This document shows positions 37,344 through 46,401 of a stretch of DNA of 64,000 nt, in pieces. The position numbers were made by a program, and so were the translations under genes. Origin of the DNA: Candidatus Latescibacterota bacterium (GTDB taxonomy: Bacteria; Latescibacterota; UBA2968; UBA8231); the NCBI GenBank assembly GCA_965248355.1, contig OZ252098.1, positions 1,152,001 to 1,216,000 of the forward strand, given 5' to 3'. The notes below the pieces were generated by a model. It was not told the origin of the DNA, ran no database searches, and was given only the letters and a program-made list of their open reading frames with translations. The stretch's first letter is position 1. Each line of letters begins with the position of its first letter.

Positions 37344-37823
37344 TTGCCCGAACGCCCGTCCTTCGCCCAGTTCCTGATCGGGGCGGCCGCCCTCGAACGC
37401 CCGTCCTTCCTCTACGCCTACCTGGTGATGTGGCTGCACCTGCTCATCAGCGTGCCGGTCCTCGTCTTCCTGGTCGAGGTGCCGCTTCTGGACGCCCTGC
37501 CGCAGATGGCCATCAGCTCCCCGAGCCTGGGGATTCTCCTGTACGGCCTGGGTTCGAAGAGATACGGCTTCCTGGTGAACCTCCTGCCCTACGCCGTCGG
37601 CCTCCGCCGGGCCATCGATCCGGCCGCCCTGGACTACACGTTCCTGCTCCTGGCCGTCATCATCTGCCTCACCTCCACCTACCTGCTGCTGTCGGAGGAA
37701 TACCGGCTCTACACCAGTGGACAGGTCGAGGATGAGCGCGGCCTGCCCCTTCGCGTCACCCTCTCCGTGGGGGCCGCGGTCCTGCTGCTGCTGCTCTACG
37801 GCCTCCACCTCCAGGCCCGCTAG
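37344..37823 (+). CDS. Hypothetical integral membrane protein (about 4-5 TM)
   Basis: Hydrophobic 159-aa ORF with host-like GC3 filling the gap between recG and mraY. Confidence 0.7.
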   Translation: MPERPSFAQFLIGAAALERPSFLYAYLVMWLHLLISVPVLVFLVEVPLLDALPQMAISSPSLGILLYGLGSKRYGFLVNLLPYAVGLRRAIDPAALDYTFLLLAVIICLTSTYLLLSEEYRLYTSGQVEDERGLPLRVTLSVGAAVLLLLLYGLHLQAR

Positions 37824-38930
37824 TCAGCGGATCTTCAGGGTCGCCAGTCCCATGAGCGCCAGAATGCCGGCGATGATCCAGAATCGGATGACGATCTTGG
37901 TGTCGGCCAGCCCGCACGCCTGGAAGTGGTGGTGCACGGGGGCGCTGCGGAAGAACCGCCGCCCCAGCCAGCGGATGCCGATCTTCTCCTGGATCACCAC
38001 CGAGAGCGCCTCGCCGACGAACACCCCTCCGACGATGAGGAACAGGAACTCCTGCTTCACCAGCACGACCACGGTTCCCAGCAGCCCGCCAAGGGCCATG
38101 GATCCGGTGTCCCCCATGATGACGTTGGCCGGGTAGGAATTGAACCACAGGAAGCCGAGACAGGCGCCGAAGACGGTGCAGCAGATGATGGTGACCTCGC
38201 CGGCCCCGGGGGTGAAGGGAAAGATGAGGAAGTCCGAGATGCGCGCGTGACTGGCCACGTAGGCGAAGACCCCGTAGACGGCCACGGCGAAGGCCGCGGG
38301 CACCACGGCGAGCCCGTCGATGCCGTCGGCGATGTTCACGGAGTTGGCGATGGCCACGAGGGTGAAGGCGATGAAGGGGACGTAGCCGAGGCCGAGATCG
38401 ATGACCGGGGTCTTGACGAAGGGCAGGAAGAGCTTGGTGGCCAGACCCTCGGGCATGGGCGACAGGGGCTCGATGACAAAGGCCAGGCCGAAGGCCAGGC
38501 CGAAGAGGGCCTGGAGCACGAGCTTGGCCGATTCCGAGAGCCCGCGGTCGCTCGTGCCGTGGCGGACTTTCAGATGGTCGTCGAGGTAACCGAGGCCCGC
38601 GAACCAGATCACCGCCCCCAGGCTCATGAGGACGAAGGTCTCGTGCAGGCGGCACCACAGCAGACAGCCGGCGAGCACCGAGGCCACCAGCAGGGGGCCG
38701 CCATAGGTCTTGGGGGCGCGGGACTTGGCCGGAGGAAAGTCGAAGCTGCGGCGCGTATCGCGGCGGCCGCCGCGGTAGAGGGCGAGGATGACCCGGTCGC
38801 CGAGGAGGATGGTGAGCACCAGGGCGGTGATGGCCCCGCCGATGGCGCGGAAGCTGATCGAGTCGAGCAGCCGCAGGAAGGACAGGGCCTCGACGCTTTC
38901 GTTCAGGTAGGTTCCCAGATAGTAGAGCAT
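37824..38930 (-). CDS. mraY: Phospho-N-acetylmuramoyl-pentapeptide transferase (divergent MraY)
   Basis: MLYY..SFRAIGGAITAL, GYLDDHLK, NSVNIADGIDGLA, LGFLWFNSYPA.VIMGDTGS, APVHHHFQ, KIVIRFWII. Confidence 0.9.
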   Translation of the reverse strand: MLYYLGTYLNESVEALSFLRLLDSISFRAIGGAITALVLTILLGDRVILALYRGGRRDTRRSFDFPPAKSRAPKTYGGPLLVASVLAGCLLWCRLHETFVLMSLGAVIWFAGLGYLDDHLKVRHGTSDRGLSESAKLVLQALFGLAFGLAFVIEPLSPMPEGLATKLFLPFVKTPVIDLGLGYVPFIAFTLVAIANSVNIADGIDGLAVVPAAFAVAVYGVFAYVASHARISDFLIFPFTPGAGEVTIICCTVFGACLGFLWFNSYPANVIMGDTGSMALGGLLGTVVVLVKQEFLFLIVGGVFVGEALSVVIQEKIGIRWLGRRFFRSAPVHHHFQACGLADTKIVIRFWIIAGILALMGLATLKIR

Positions 38931-38934
38931 GGGA

Positions 38935-40989
38935 TCAGCAGGCCGATTGGCCCATGCGCTCCAGGCCCTCGCGGACTCGGCGGGACAGGGAGTCCAGGCT
39001 GTCCTTCAACGGGAAGGCCGGTTCGAAGTTCGGTGAGGTGGACAGGATCTGCTCCACGTCGGCGGCCACCTCCTCCGGCTGCAGCACCCGCCGCTCCAGC
39101 AGGCCCTCCAGGGCGTGCACCGTCTCCTGGCGGCAGCGCCAGTCCGGATGCACGTAGAACCGGCGCAGGTCCGCCAGGCGCTCGGCGCGGCAGGTGACCC
39201 GGCCGAGGGCCCCCAGGGCGGCTGCGACCACGGAGCTCACGCCGTCGCCCAGGGACTCGACGAGGGCCGCTTCCACCTCCTCGTCCCCCGGAGTCGCCTG
39301 CTCGCCGAGGAGGCGGGCGGCGGCGACGCGCACCTCGAAGTAGGGATCATCGGAGAGGGCCTCCAGGACCGCGGACCGGCCCTGCGGACCGGCCCGCCGC
39401 AGCCCGATCATGGACAGGGGGAAGTCGATCGCGTTCCGCCGCAGGATGCCGGGGTGACGGTAGTCGCCGCCGGCGAGGCGCTGCAGCGGGCTGGCCGGGG
39501 TGCGGTCGCCGATCAGGGCGAGCACCAGGGGCAGGCGTTCCTCCCAGGCCAGCAGGCCCACGAGCTTGACCCCCACGTTGCGGCGGCCGTAGGGGATCTC
39601 GTACCAGCTCTCCGACGCCAGGTTCCGGTCGGCCTGGTAACGCAGGAAGGCCAGCTCCATCGGGCACAGGGCCTCCACCCCTCCCGCCTCGGCGATCCGG
39701 CTCCGCACGTGGCGCAGCAGACGATTCGGATCGGCCGGCACCCCGGCAGACCCGGCCACGGGGTACTCGAGTCTCAGGGGCGGCGGACGGAGGCCCTGCC
39801 TCAGGCTGTCGATCTCGCCGAGGATGGCCTCCAGGCTGTCGCGCCGCGGCGCCGAGGCGGCGGCGGCGGCCATGCGCCCGCGCTCGTCCGGTCCGTCGAG
39901 GAGCTCGAGGATGGCGCCGGCGAGACGGGACCCGCTGACCGCCAGATCGACGCGCCCATCCATGCGCCAGCTGGCCTCCTCGAACAGAACCCGGGCGGCT
40001 CCGAGCCCCTGAAGGGCCATGGCGTTGACCGCCTGGTGATCCTCGGCCGCCGTCGACAGCGGCAGGATCACCGCCGGCAGACCGCACACGCCGACCTCGG
40101 TGAGGGTGCTCATGCCGCCCCTGCAGACCACGAGGTCGGCAGCGGCGTAGGCGGTCTCGATCTCCTCCATGTAGCCGAACCGGCGGTACCACTGCTCGAG
40201 ATCCTGGAGGCCGGTCCGCTCCAGGGCGCCGGCGGTGTCCGCCACGGGGTCGTAGTCCTCCGAGACGTGGGCCCCCGTGCCGTGCAGGATGAGCAGCTCG
40301 TCGGCCCGGTTCGCCAGCAGCGGCAGGGCTTCGACCACGGCCCGGTTGATGGTCCTCGACCCCTGCGATCCTCCGAATATGAAGACGACGAGGCGATCTC
40401 CCTCGATCTCCCAGACCGCCCTCGCTCCCTCCCGGTCGAGGCGGGTCAGCTCGCGGCGCACCGGGAACCCGACCACCGCCACCCGCTTCATGTCGAACCA
40501 GCGGGCGGCTTGCTCGAAGACGACGCCGATGCGGTCGGCGATGCGACCGACGGCCTGGTTCAGCAGCCCGGGATGGGCGTTCGGCTCGTAGGCGAAGACC
40601 CTCGCCCGGCTCAGTCCGACCTTGCGCAGCAGACCGCTGGCGAACAGGATCGGAGCGCTCACGAAACCACCGGTGGCGAAGATCACATGGGGCCGGAACC
40701 GCAGCAGGACGAGGACCGCTCCGGCGACGCCGGCGGCCAGGACGAGGCTGAAGCGGAGCAGCGGCCAGGCGCGACGGGTGCGCGGAAAGGGCCTGGAAGG
40801 CAGCCGCCGCAGCGGATAGCCCCGGGCCGGCACGACGCGCTCCTCCAGCCGCCCCCGGACCCCCACGTACAGGAATCGAGCCTCGGGCTGGCGGCGCCGG
40901 ATCTCGTCGGCCACGGCCAGCGCCGGGTACACATGGCCGCCGGTACCGCCGCCGGTGAACAGGTATCTCACGGACGAAGGGCCGATCAT
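38935..40989 (-). CDS. murG: MurG-like GT28 glycosyltransferase fused to a C-terminal HEAT-repeat domain
   Basis: TGGGTGGHVYPALA, TGGFVS, EPNAHPGLLN, FGGSQGS, CRGGMSTLTE, HQAVNA, then ~280 extra aa with HEAT-like repeats (DDPYFEVRVAAARLLG). Confidence 0.85.
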   Translation of the reverse strand: MIGPSSVRYLFTGGGTGGHVYPALAVADEIRRRQPEARFLYVGVRGRLEERVVPARGYPLRRLPSRPFPRTRRAWPLLRFSLVLAAGVAGAVLVLLRFRPHVIFATGGFVSAPILFASGLLRKVGLSRARVFAYEPNAHPGLLNQAVGRIADRIGVVFEQAARWFDMKRVAVVGFPVRRELTRLDREGARAVWEIEGDRLVVFIFGGSQGSRTINRAVVEALPLLANRADELLILHGTGAHVSEDYDPVADTAGALERTGLQDLEQWYRRFGYMEEIETAYAAADLVVCRGGMSTLTEVGVCGLPAVILPLSTAAEDHQAVNAMALQGLGAARVLFEEASWRMDGRVDLAVSGSRLAGAILELLDGPDERGRMAAAAASAPRRDSLEAILGEIDSLRQGLRPPPLRLEYPVAGSAGVPADPNRLLRHVRSRIAEAGGVEALCPMELAFLRYQADRNLASESWYEIPYGRRNVGVKLVGLLAWEERLPLVLALIGDRTPASPLQRLAGGDYRHPGILRRNAIDFPLSMIGLRRAGPQGRSAVLEALSDDPYFEVRVAAARLLGEQATPGDEEVEAALVESLGDGVSSVVAAALGALGRVTCRAERLADLRRFYVHPDWRCRQETVHALEGLLERRVLQPEEVAADVEQILSTSPNFEPAFPLKDSLDSLSRRVREGLERMGQSAC

Positions 40990-41082
40990 GTCGTCGCCGC
41001 GGGGGGGCGCGGGCGACTGCGTCGGAGGGGGAGCTGCGAGGGAGGGAGGCCCCTCGCCCGGGGTGGCTCAAGGGTCTGGTCC

Positions 41083-41111
41083 AGTATACACAGCGGTCCC
41101 AGGTCCGACAA
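41083..41111 (-). promoter_or_regulatory. Putative sigma70 promoter of murG-HEAT/mraY
   Basis: Minus strand TTGTCG-17 nt-TATACT in the batE-murG gap. Confidence 0.55.
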
Positions 41112-41124
41112 GCTCCGCCACGGC

Positions 41125-41874
41125 TCAGATCATGGTCACCAGGTCCGCCGGCAGCCATCCGCCGAGACCGTTGTCCAGGCGGACCAGGAGCCACTCCCCC
41201 TCGCGGCGCTCCACGGTCACCTTCGTGCCCTCGTGAACGACGAACACGGGGGTCTGCCCGAGGTCGGGGCCGCCTCTCGCCTGTCCCTGGATAGCGGTGA
41301 CCACCGCCTCGGAGAGGGTGAGCTCGCGGTGCAGGCGCGTGCCGGCGAAGGCTCCGAACCCCAGGATCCCGCCGAGGCAGAGGCCGAGGGCCACCACCGC
41401 GGCCGGACCGGAGCCGCGCAGCAGGCGCCAGCTGGCCGCGGCGGCCAGCCCGAGCAGGCTCAGGGAGAGTCCGGCGAAGAGCTCGTTCGAGGTCGGCCAG
41501 AGGTAGAGCTCGTAGAGGAAGGCGCCGTCCTCTTCCTCTTCGCGGTCCCGCTTGATGCGGCGCAGGAACCGCAGGTTGGCCAGCACGTCCTCGTCCCTGG
41601 GCGCCACTCTCCGGGCGCGCTCGTACCAGACGATGGCCTCGCCCAGGCGGCCGTCCTTGAAGCAGGCGTTTCCGAGGTTGTAGAACAGGCGCTCGTCCCG
41701 GACCCCGGTGCCGGACGCCGCCAGGTAGCGCTGCCGGGCGCCGGCGAACTCGCCTCGCCGGTAGAGATCGTTGCCCTCGGCGTAGAGCCCCGCGGCGGCG
41801 GACTGGGCGGCGGCCTCGCCCACGGCGAGAACCGTGAACAGTCCCGCCGCCAGGAGGCGCAAGGGCCGGATCAC
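41125..41874 (-). CDS. batE: BatE-like TPR + SH3 protein
   Basis: EGNDLY, FYNLGNA, AIVWYERA..P.DEDV.ANL, two TM, VHEGTKV..WLLVRL.NG..GWLP. Confidence 0.85.
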   Translation of the reverse strand: MIRPLRLLAAGLFTVLAVGEAAAQSAAAGLYAEGNDLYRRGEFAGARQRYLAASGTGVRDERLFYNLGNACFKDGRLGEAIVWYERARRVAPRDEDVLANLRFLRRIKRDREEEEDGAFLYELYLWPTSNELFAGLSLSLLGLAAAASWRLLRGSGPAAVVALGLCLGGILGFGAFAGTRLHRELTLSEAVVTAIQGQARGGPDLGQTPVFVVHEGTKVTVERREGEWLLVRLDNGLGGWLPADLVTMI

Positions 41875-43658
41875 GACAGCGCCTTCCGGAGGAGGGCCAT
41901 CGCCTCCTCGGTCTCCGCGAGCAGTTCCTCCCGGGTCCCGCGGTCGGTGTTGGCGGGCGCGTAGCGGCCGAACTCGCAGCGCTCCAGTACGGCGTCCACC
42001 CGGTCGACGAGGGCGGGGTCGACGCCCCGGTCCTCCAGCTCCTGCCGGCAACGGTCCCGGGTCAGACCGGGCGCCGGCCGGTTTCCCTGGTCGGCGATGA
42101 AGGCGACCACGGCCTCCTGCAGGGCGCCGTGAAAGCCGTCGCCCTCCGCCGCTCTCCGGCCCGCTTCCCGCAGGCGGCCGGCCAGCTCGCCGCCGGACCG
42201 ACGCCGGCGAGCGTAGGCCGCATCCTTCTCCAGCCTGCGGCGATGGCGGTGCCAGGAGACCAGGGCCAGGTAGCCCAGGGGCAGCAGGGCGTGGGCGAAC
42301 CAGTAGTAGCCGCTGCGGTACAGGGGTGAGGCGGCGCCGATGTGCGCCACGTCGGGCTTGATGTGCCGGATGTCGCGTCCGAGCCGCTCGATCTCGCGCC
42401 GCGTCAGGTCGTACCCCTCCCCGGCGGCGGCTGCGGCGCTGTCCGGGCGGCTGTGAATCGCCATGGGCGCGCTCGAGGCCGTGCGGTACCGGTGGGACGC
42501 GGGATCGAAGTAGGCCACTCTCAGGGCCGGGATCTCCAGACGGCCTTCGCGCCCGGGGATCAGGATGTACTCGAGCCTCCTCGCAGCCCTGTACCGGCCG
42601 TCGGCGGAGCGTCCTTCCTCCACCTCCACCTTGGGCTCGTAGACCTCGAAGCCCCGGGGATGCAAGGCCGGCTCCGGGATGCTCTGCACGTTGCCGGTGC
42701 CCGTGATCGACACCTTCAGGGTGACCGGATCGCCGACGCGCACATCCCGGGGCCGGGCCTCGACGGAGATGCCGAACTCGCCCACGGCCCCCGCGAAGTC
42801 TCCGGGCCTCCCCTGTTCCGGTAGAGGTCGGACGTGGATGGAGACGGGCTCGCTGCGGATCATCAAGGCTCGACTGCGTCCGAAGATGGGGTCTTCCAGC
42901 AAGGAGCAGGTCAGCCCCAGGGGATCGATGACCTGGGAGCCGGAAGCGGTGGGGAACAGCACGACGTGGCGCAGGGGGGCCACCTGGAACGGCAGCCCCT
43001 GGATCACCTCGCGATGGGGGTCCAGCCGCGAGGCGGCGAACAACTCCTTGACCCAGAACCCGGTGTACTCCGGCACCTCGGCGAGCCGGGGGCCGCGCAG
43101 GTGGTACCGGTAGCACAGATCGAAGCGCACGTTCACCTGCTCTCCCACGTACGCCGTGTCCCGGTCGGCCTGCACCCGCACGAAGAGGTCGTCCTCGAGC
43201 TCCCGCTCTCCGGCCTCGCCGTCTCGCTCCGGCGTCCGCGCGGCGGTCTTGCCGAGGACGTGCACCTCCACCTCTTCCGTGGTCAGGACCTCGCCCTCCG
43301 CCTGCAGACGCGCGGGACCGAGCGTGAACCGGCCCGGGTTCCGGGCGTAGAGGGTGTACTTCAGCTCCCGGGTGAACCGCGCCCCCCTGTGGTCGTGGGA
43401 CTCCATGTCCATCACCGAGGGACCATGGACGATGAACTCCCGCAGGTCGATGGTGGGCGCCGCCAGGTGGCTCAGGGGGGTCTCCGCGCTCAGACGCAGG
43501 GTCAGCTGGATCGGTTGAGACGCGGAGACCTGGCTGCGGTCCACGGCCAGGGTGAACTCGATCTCCGGCCGGGCGGGTCCTGCCGACAGGAGCACGAGGG
43601 CCGCCATGAATTGCAGTCGGCGGGCCGGAAGGCGGGCCGGTACAGGGTTACCAGTCAC
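41871..43658 (-). CDS. batD: BatD-like protein
   Basis: VDRSQV, AYVGEQV, V.PLP..GRP.DFAGAVGEF, VGDPVTL..I.GTGN, YFDP, DIRHIK. Start uncertain. Confidence 0.85.
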   Translation of the reverse strand: MTGNPVPARLPARRLQFMAALVLLSAGPARPEIEFTLAVDRSQVSASQPIQLTLRLSAETPLSHLAAPTIDLREFIVHGPSVMDMESHDHRGARFTRELKYTLYARNPGRFTLGPARLQAEGEVLTTEEVEVHVLGKTAARTPERDGEAGERELEDDLFVRVQADRDTAYVGEQVNVRFDLCYRYHLRGPRLAEVPEYTGFWVKELFAASRLDPHREVIQGLPFQVAPLRHVVLFPTASGSQVIDPLGLTCSLLEDPIFGRSRALMIRSEPVSIHVRPLPEQGRPGDFAGAVGEFGISVEARPRDVRVGDPVTLKVSITGTGNVQSIPEPALHPRGFEVYEPKVEVEEGRSADGRYRAARRLEYILIPGREGRLEIPALRVAYFDPASHRYRTASSAPMAIHSRPDSAAAAAGEGYDLTRREIERLGRDIRHIKPDVAHIGAASPLYRSGYYWFAHALLPLGYLALVSWHRHRRRLEKDAAYARRRRSGGELAGRLREAGRRAAEGDGFHGALQEAVVAFIADQGNRPAPGLTRDRCRQELEDRGVDPALVDRVDAVLERCEFGRYAPANTDRGTREELLAETEEAMALLRKALS

Positions 43659-44397
43659 GGGCCTCGTCGCCCCCCCCGCGGGCGCGGTAACGCCGCTCCT
43701 GGGCCTCCTGCTCCCGATCGCGGAAGGCGTCGAGCAGGCGCTCCGCCTCCTCGCGGTCCAGGCCGCCCTCCTCCGCCGGGGGCGGCGCCTGCGCCTCGCC
43801 GTCCTCGTCATCGGGCTCCGGTGGCCCCTCGTCGGGCTCCGGAGAGGAGGATGGCCGCTGCTGCTGTTGCTCCTCCCCTTCCGGGGGATCCCGCTGATCC
43901 CCGTCCGGGGAATCCTGCTCCCCTCCGTCCGGGGGATCCTCCTGATTCTCACCGCCCTGCGGCTGGGGCGGCGGCAGCCGCTGCAGGGCGAGCTCCAGGT
44001 TCGCCTTGGCGTCGGCGTCGCCGGGGACCCGCTGCAGGGCCTGCCGATAGGCTTCGGCGGCGGCCGGATAGTCCTGCAGCTGGAAGTGGGTGTTCCCCTT
44101 GTTGTAGTGACCGCTCGCCGACAGGGCCGGGTCGGCGGCGGCGGCCACCCTCTCGAACTCGCGCAGGGCTCTCTCGAAGTCGCCGAGCCGGAACTGGGCG
44201 TCGCCCACATTGAGATGGAGGCGAGCCGACTCCGGCCGCTCCACGAGGGCCTCCTTGTACATCTGCAGCGCTTCCTCGTAGCGTCCCGCCTCGTACAAAG
44301 CGCGGGCGGCCTCGTTCCGGGAGACGGCTCGATCGCCGATGCTGCGCGCCTGCGCCGCAGAGGCCGCGAGCAGCAGGACCAGAGCCAGCGCTCTCAC
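43648..44397 (-). CDS. batC: BatC-like TPR protein
   Basis: Signal peptide, TPRs (HYNKGNT, YRQAL..PGDADAKANLELAL), Q/E/D/P-rich linker, EEAERLL...RDW end. Confidence 0.85.
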   Translation of the reverse strand: MRALALVLLLAASAAQARSIGDRAVSRNEAARALYEAGRYEEALQMYKEALVERPESARLHLNVGDAQFRLGDFERALREFERVAAAADPALSASGHYNKGNTHFQLQDYPAAAEAYRQALQRVPGDADAKANLELALQRLPPPQPQGGENQEDPPDGGEQDSPDGDQRDPPEGEEQQQQRPSSSPEPDEGPPEPDDEDGEAQAPPPAEEGGLDREEAERLLDAFRDREQEAQERRYRARGGGDEARDW

Positions 44398-45422
44398 GCG
44401 AACCTCCCCCGCCACTCCCTCCGGCCGCGGGACCGCTCGGAGAGCAACCCCTCGGCCAGGAAGCAGGCCAGGGCCAGGGCCAGGGGGATCTGGAAGCGTT
44501 CCTCGTAGCGGGTGAAGCGCTCGGCTCCGAGCTCCTTCTGCTGCAGGCCGGAGATCCGGTCGGCCACGTCCTCCAACTCCCGGCCCGTGAGACTGCTGCG
44601 CCAGTAGGCGCCCTCCCCGGCGGCGGCCACCTCGCGCAGGGCGGCCTCGTCGAGACGGGACTTCACATAGTTGCCGTCGCGGTCCTTGTGGTAGTCCAGG
44701 CGGCTCCCGTCTTCGGACCCCAGGGGAATCAGGTCCCCCTCCGGCGAGCCGACGCCGATGCAGAACAGGCGGACTCCCCGGTCGGCCAGCTGACCCGCGG
44801 CGTCGGCGGCCGAGCCCGTGTGCGCCTCGCCGTCGCTGAAGAGGACGGCCACCTTGTCGTTCCGGTCCTCGGGGTCGAAGACCCCCCCCGCCAGCTCGAG
44901 GGCCCGGGCCAGGGAGGTCCCCTGGGACGGAATGGCGTTCACGTCCACCGCGCCAAGGAGCAGGCGCAGAGCCGCGGTGTCGAGGGTCAGGGGACACTGG
45001 ACGTAGGCGTTGGCGGCGAACACGACGAGAGCGACACGGTCGCCCTGGAGGTCGTCCAGCAGCTTGCCCATGGCCTGCCGCGCCCGTTCGAGCCGGTTCG
45101 GACGCACGTCCTCGGTGAGCATGCTGCGCGACAGATCGAGAAGGAGGACCACGTCCACGCCGCGCCGCTGGGCCATCTCCAGGCGCACCCCGAACCGGGG
45201 GCCCGTGAGGGCCAGCGCCAGCAGCCCCAGGCCGGCCACGAGGAGGGCGGACTTCACGTGCTGCCGGGTGCGGCTCACGCTCCGGATGAGGCGGGGAGCC
45301 ACGGCGGCATGGGCCAGGCGCTCGAGGTCGCGCCGGCGGCGGCTGTGGGCCCAGGCCGCGAACCAGGCCGCCAGCGGCACCAGGAGCAGCAGCCATTGGT
45401 TGTGCTCGGCGGCGAAGCGCAT
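44394..45422 (-). CDS. batB: BatB-like vWA domain protein
   Basis: MIDAS LDLSRSM, V.PNRLERA, GDRVALVVFA, QCPLT.D, SDGE, YEERFQ. Confidence 0.88.
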   Translation of the reverse strand: MRFAAEHNQWLLLLVPLAAWFAAWAHSRRRRDLERLAHAAVAPRLIRSVSRTRQHVKSALLVAGLGLLALALTGPRFGVRLEMAQRRGVDVVLLLDLSRSMLTEDVRPNRLERARQAMGKLLDDLQGDRVALVVFAANAYVQCPLTLDTAALRLLLGAVDVNAIPSQGTSLARALELAGGVFDPEDRNDKVAVLFSDGEAHTGSAADAAGQLADRGVRLFCIGVGSPEGDLIPLGSEDGSRLDYHKDRDGNYVKSRLDEAALREVAAAGEGAYWRSSLTGRELEDVADRISGLQQKELGAERFTRYEERFQIPLALALACFLAEGLLSERSRGRREWRGRFA

Positions 45423-45426
45423 GGTC

Positions 45427-46398
45427 TCAGGGCAGGCTGCGGAAGCGGGTGCGCGACAACAGGAAGTCCCCTGCCAGGGCCAGGAACCCCGGCCACAGGA
45501 ACAGGGGGTACAACTCCGAGTACTCCAGGTGAACCTGGCTGGTGACCTCGGTCTTCTCCAGGCGGCCGATCTCGGCGTAGATCTCCTCCAGCTTCTCGCC
45601 GCTGGTGGCGTGGTAGTACTGGCCGCCCGTGGCGGCGGCGATGGAGCGCAGGGTCTCCTCGTCGAAGTCCACCCCCCGGCCGCGGACCTGCGGCGGCGCC
45701 CCGACGCCGATGGTGTAGACGCGCACGCCCACGGCGGCGGCGGCCTCGGCCGCCGTCTGCGGATAGATCTCCCCGGCGTTGTTCACGCCGTCGGTGAGCA
45801 GGATGGCGACGCGGCCCCGGCGCCCTTCCCCACCCGCGTCTCGCAGTCGGTTGGTGGCGTTGATCAGGGCCATGCCGATGGCGGTGCCGTCCCAGGTCTC
45901 GTGGGCGATCTCGATCTCCTCCAGGAACTGCAGGAGCACGTCGTAATCGAGGGTGAGGGGACACTGGGTGAAGCTCTCGGCGGCGAAGACGACCATGCCG
46001 ATGCGGTCGGTGTGGCGGCCGTGGATGAAGCGGGCCACCACCTCCTTGGCCACCGCCAGCCGGCCCGCGGGACCCAGGTCCCGGGCCCGCATGCTGCCCG
46101 AGACGTCCAGAATGAGCATGATGTCCACGCCCTCGGCCGAGACGTCCACGATGCGCTCGCCGCTCTGCGGACGGGCCAGGGCGGCGACGAGACAGGCCAC
46201 GGCCAGGAAACGGGCTACGGGCAGGGCCCGGCGGGCCACGGCCCAGGGACCGGCCGGCAGGCCCCGCAGGTCGCCGACCTGGGGATAGCGGACGGAGCCC
46301 CTCAGCCGCTGGCCGTGGCGCCGCTGCCGCCACCCCATCCAGGGCAGCAGCAGAAGAAGGAGCAGGAAGGCGGGGTCGGCGAATCGAAGCTCGTCCAT
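45427..46398 (-). CDS. batA: BatA-like vWA domain protein
   Basis: FADP.FL, ALARPQ, LDVSGSM, DRIGMVVFA, GTAIG, LLTDGVNNAG, I..LEKT. Confidence 0.9.
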   Translation of the reverse strand: MDELRFADPAFLLLLLLLPWMGWRQRRHGQRLRGSVRYPQVGDLRGLPAGPWAVARRALPVARFLAVACLVAALARPQSGERIVDVSAEGVDIMLILDVSGSMRARDLGPAGRLAVAKEVVARFIHGRHTDRIGMVVFAAESFTQCPLTLDYDVLLQFLEEIEIAHETWDGTAIGMALINATNRLRDAGGEGRRGRVAILLTDGVNNAGEIYPQTAAEAAAAVGVRVYTIGVGAPPQVRGRGVDFDEETLRSIAAATGGQYYHATSGEKLEEIYAEIGRLEKTEVTSQVHLEYSELYPLFLWPGFLALAGDFLLSRTRFRSLP

Positions 46399-46401
46399 GG
46401 G

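Noticed and set aside
43850..43960. Short imperfect repeats (GGATCCCC/CCGGACGG units) as a CRISPR or tandem repeat element
   Set aside because: They encode the low-complexity D/P/E/Q linker typical of BatC; there is no repeat-spacer structure and no cas genes.
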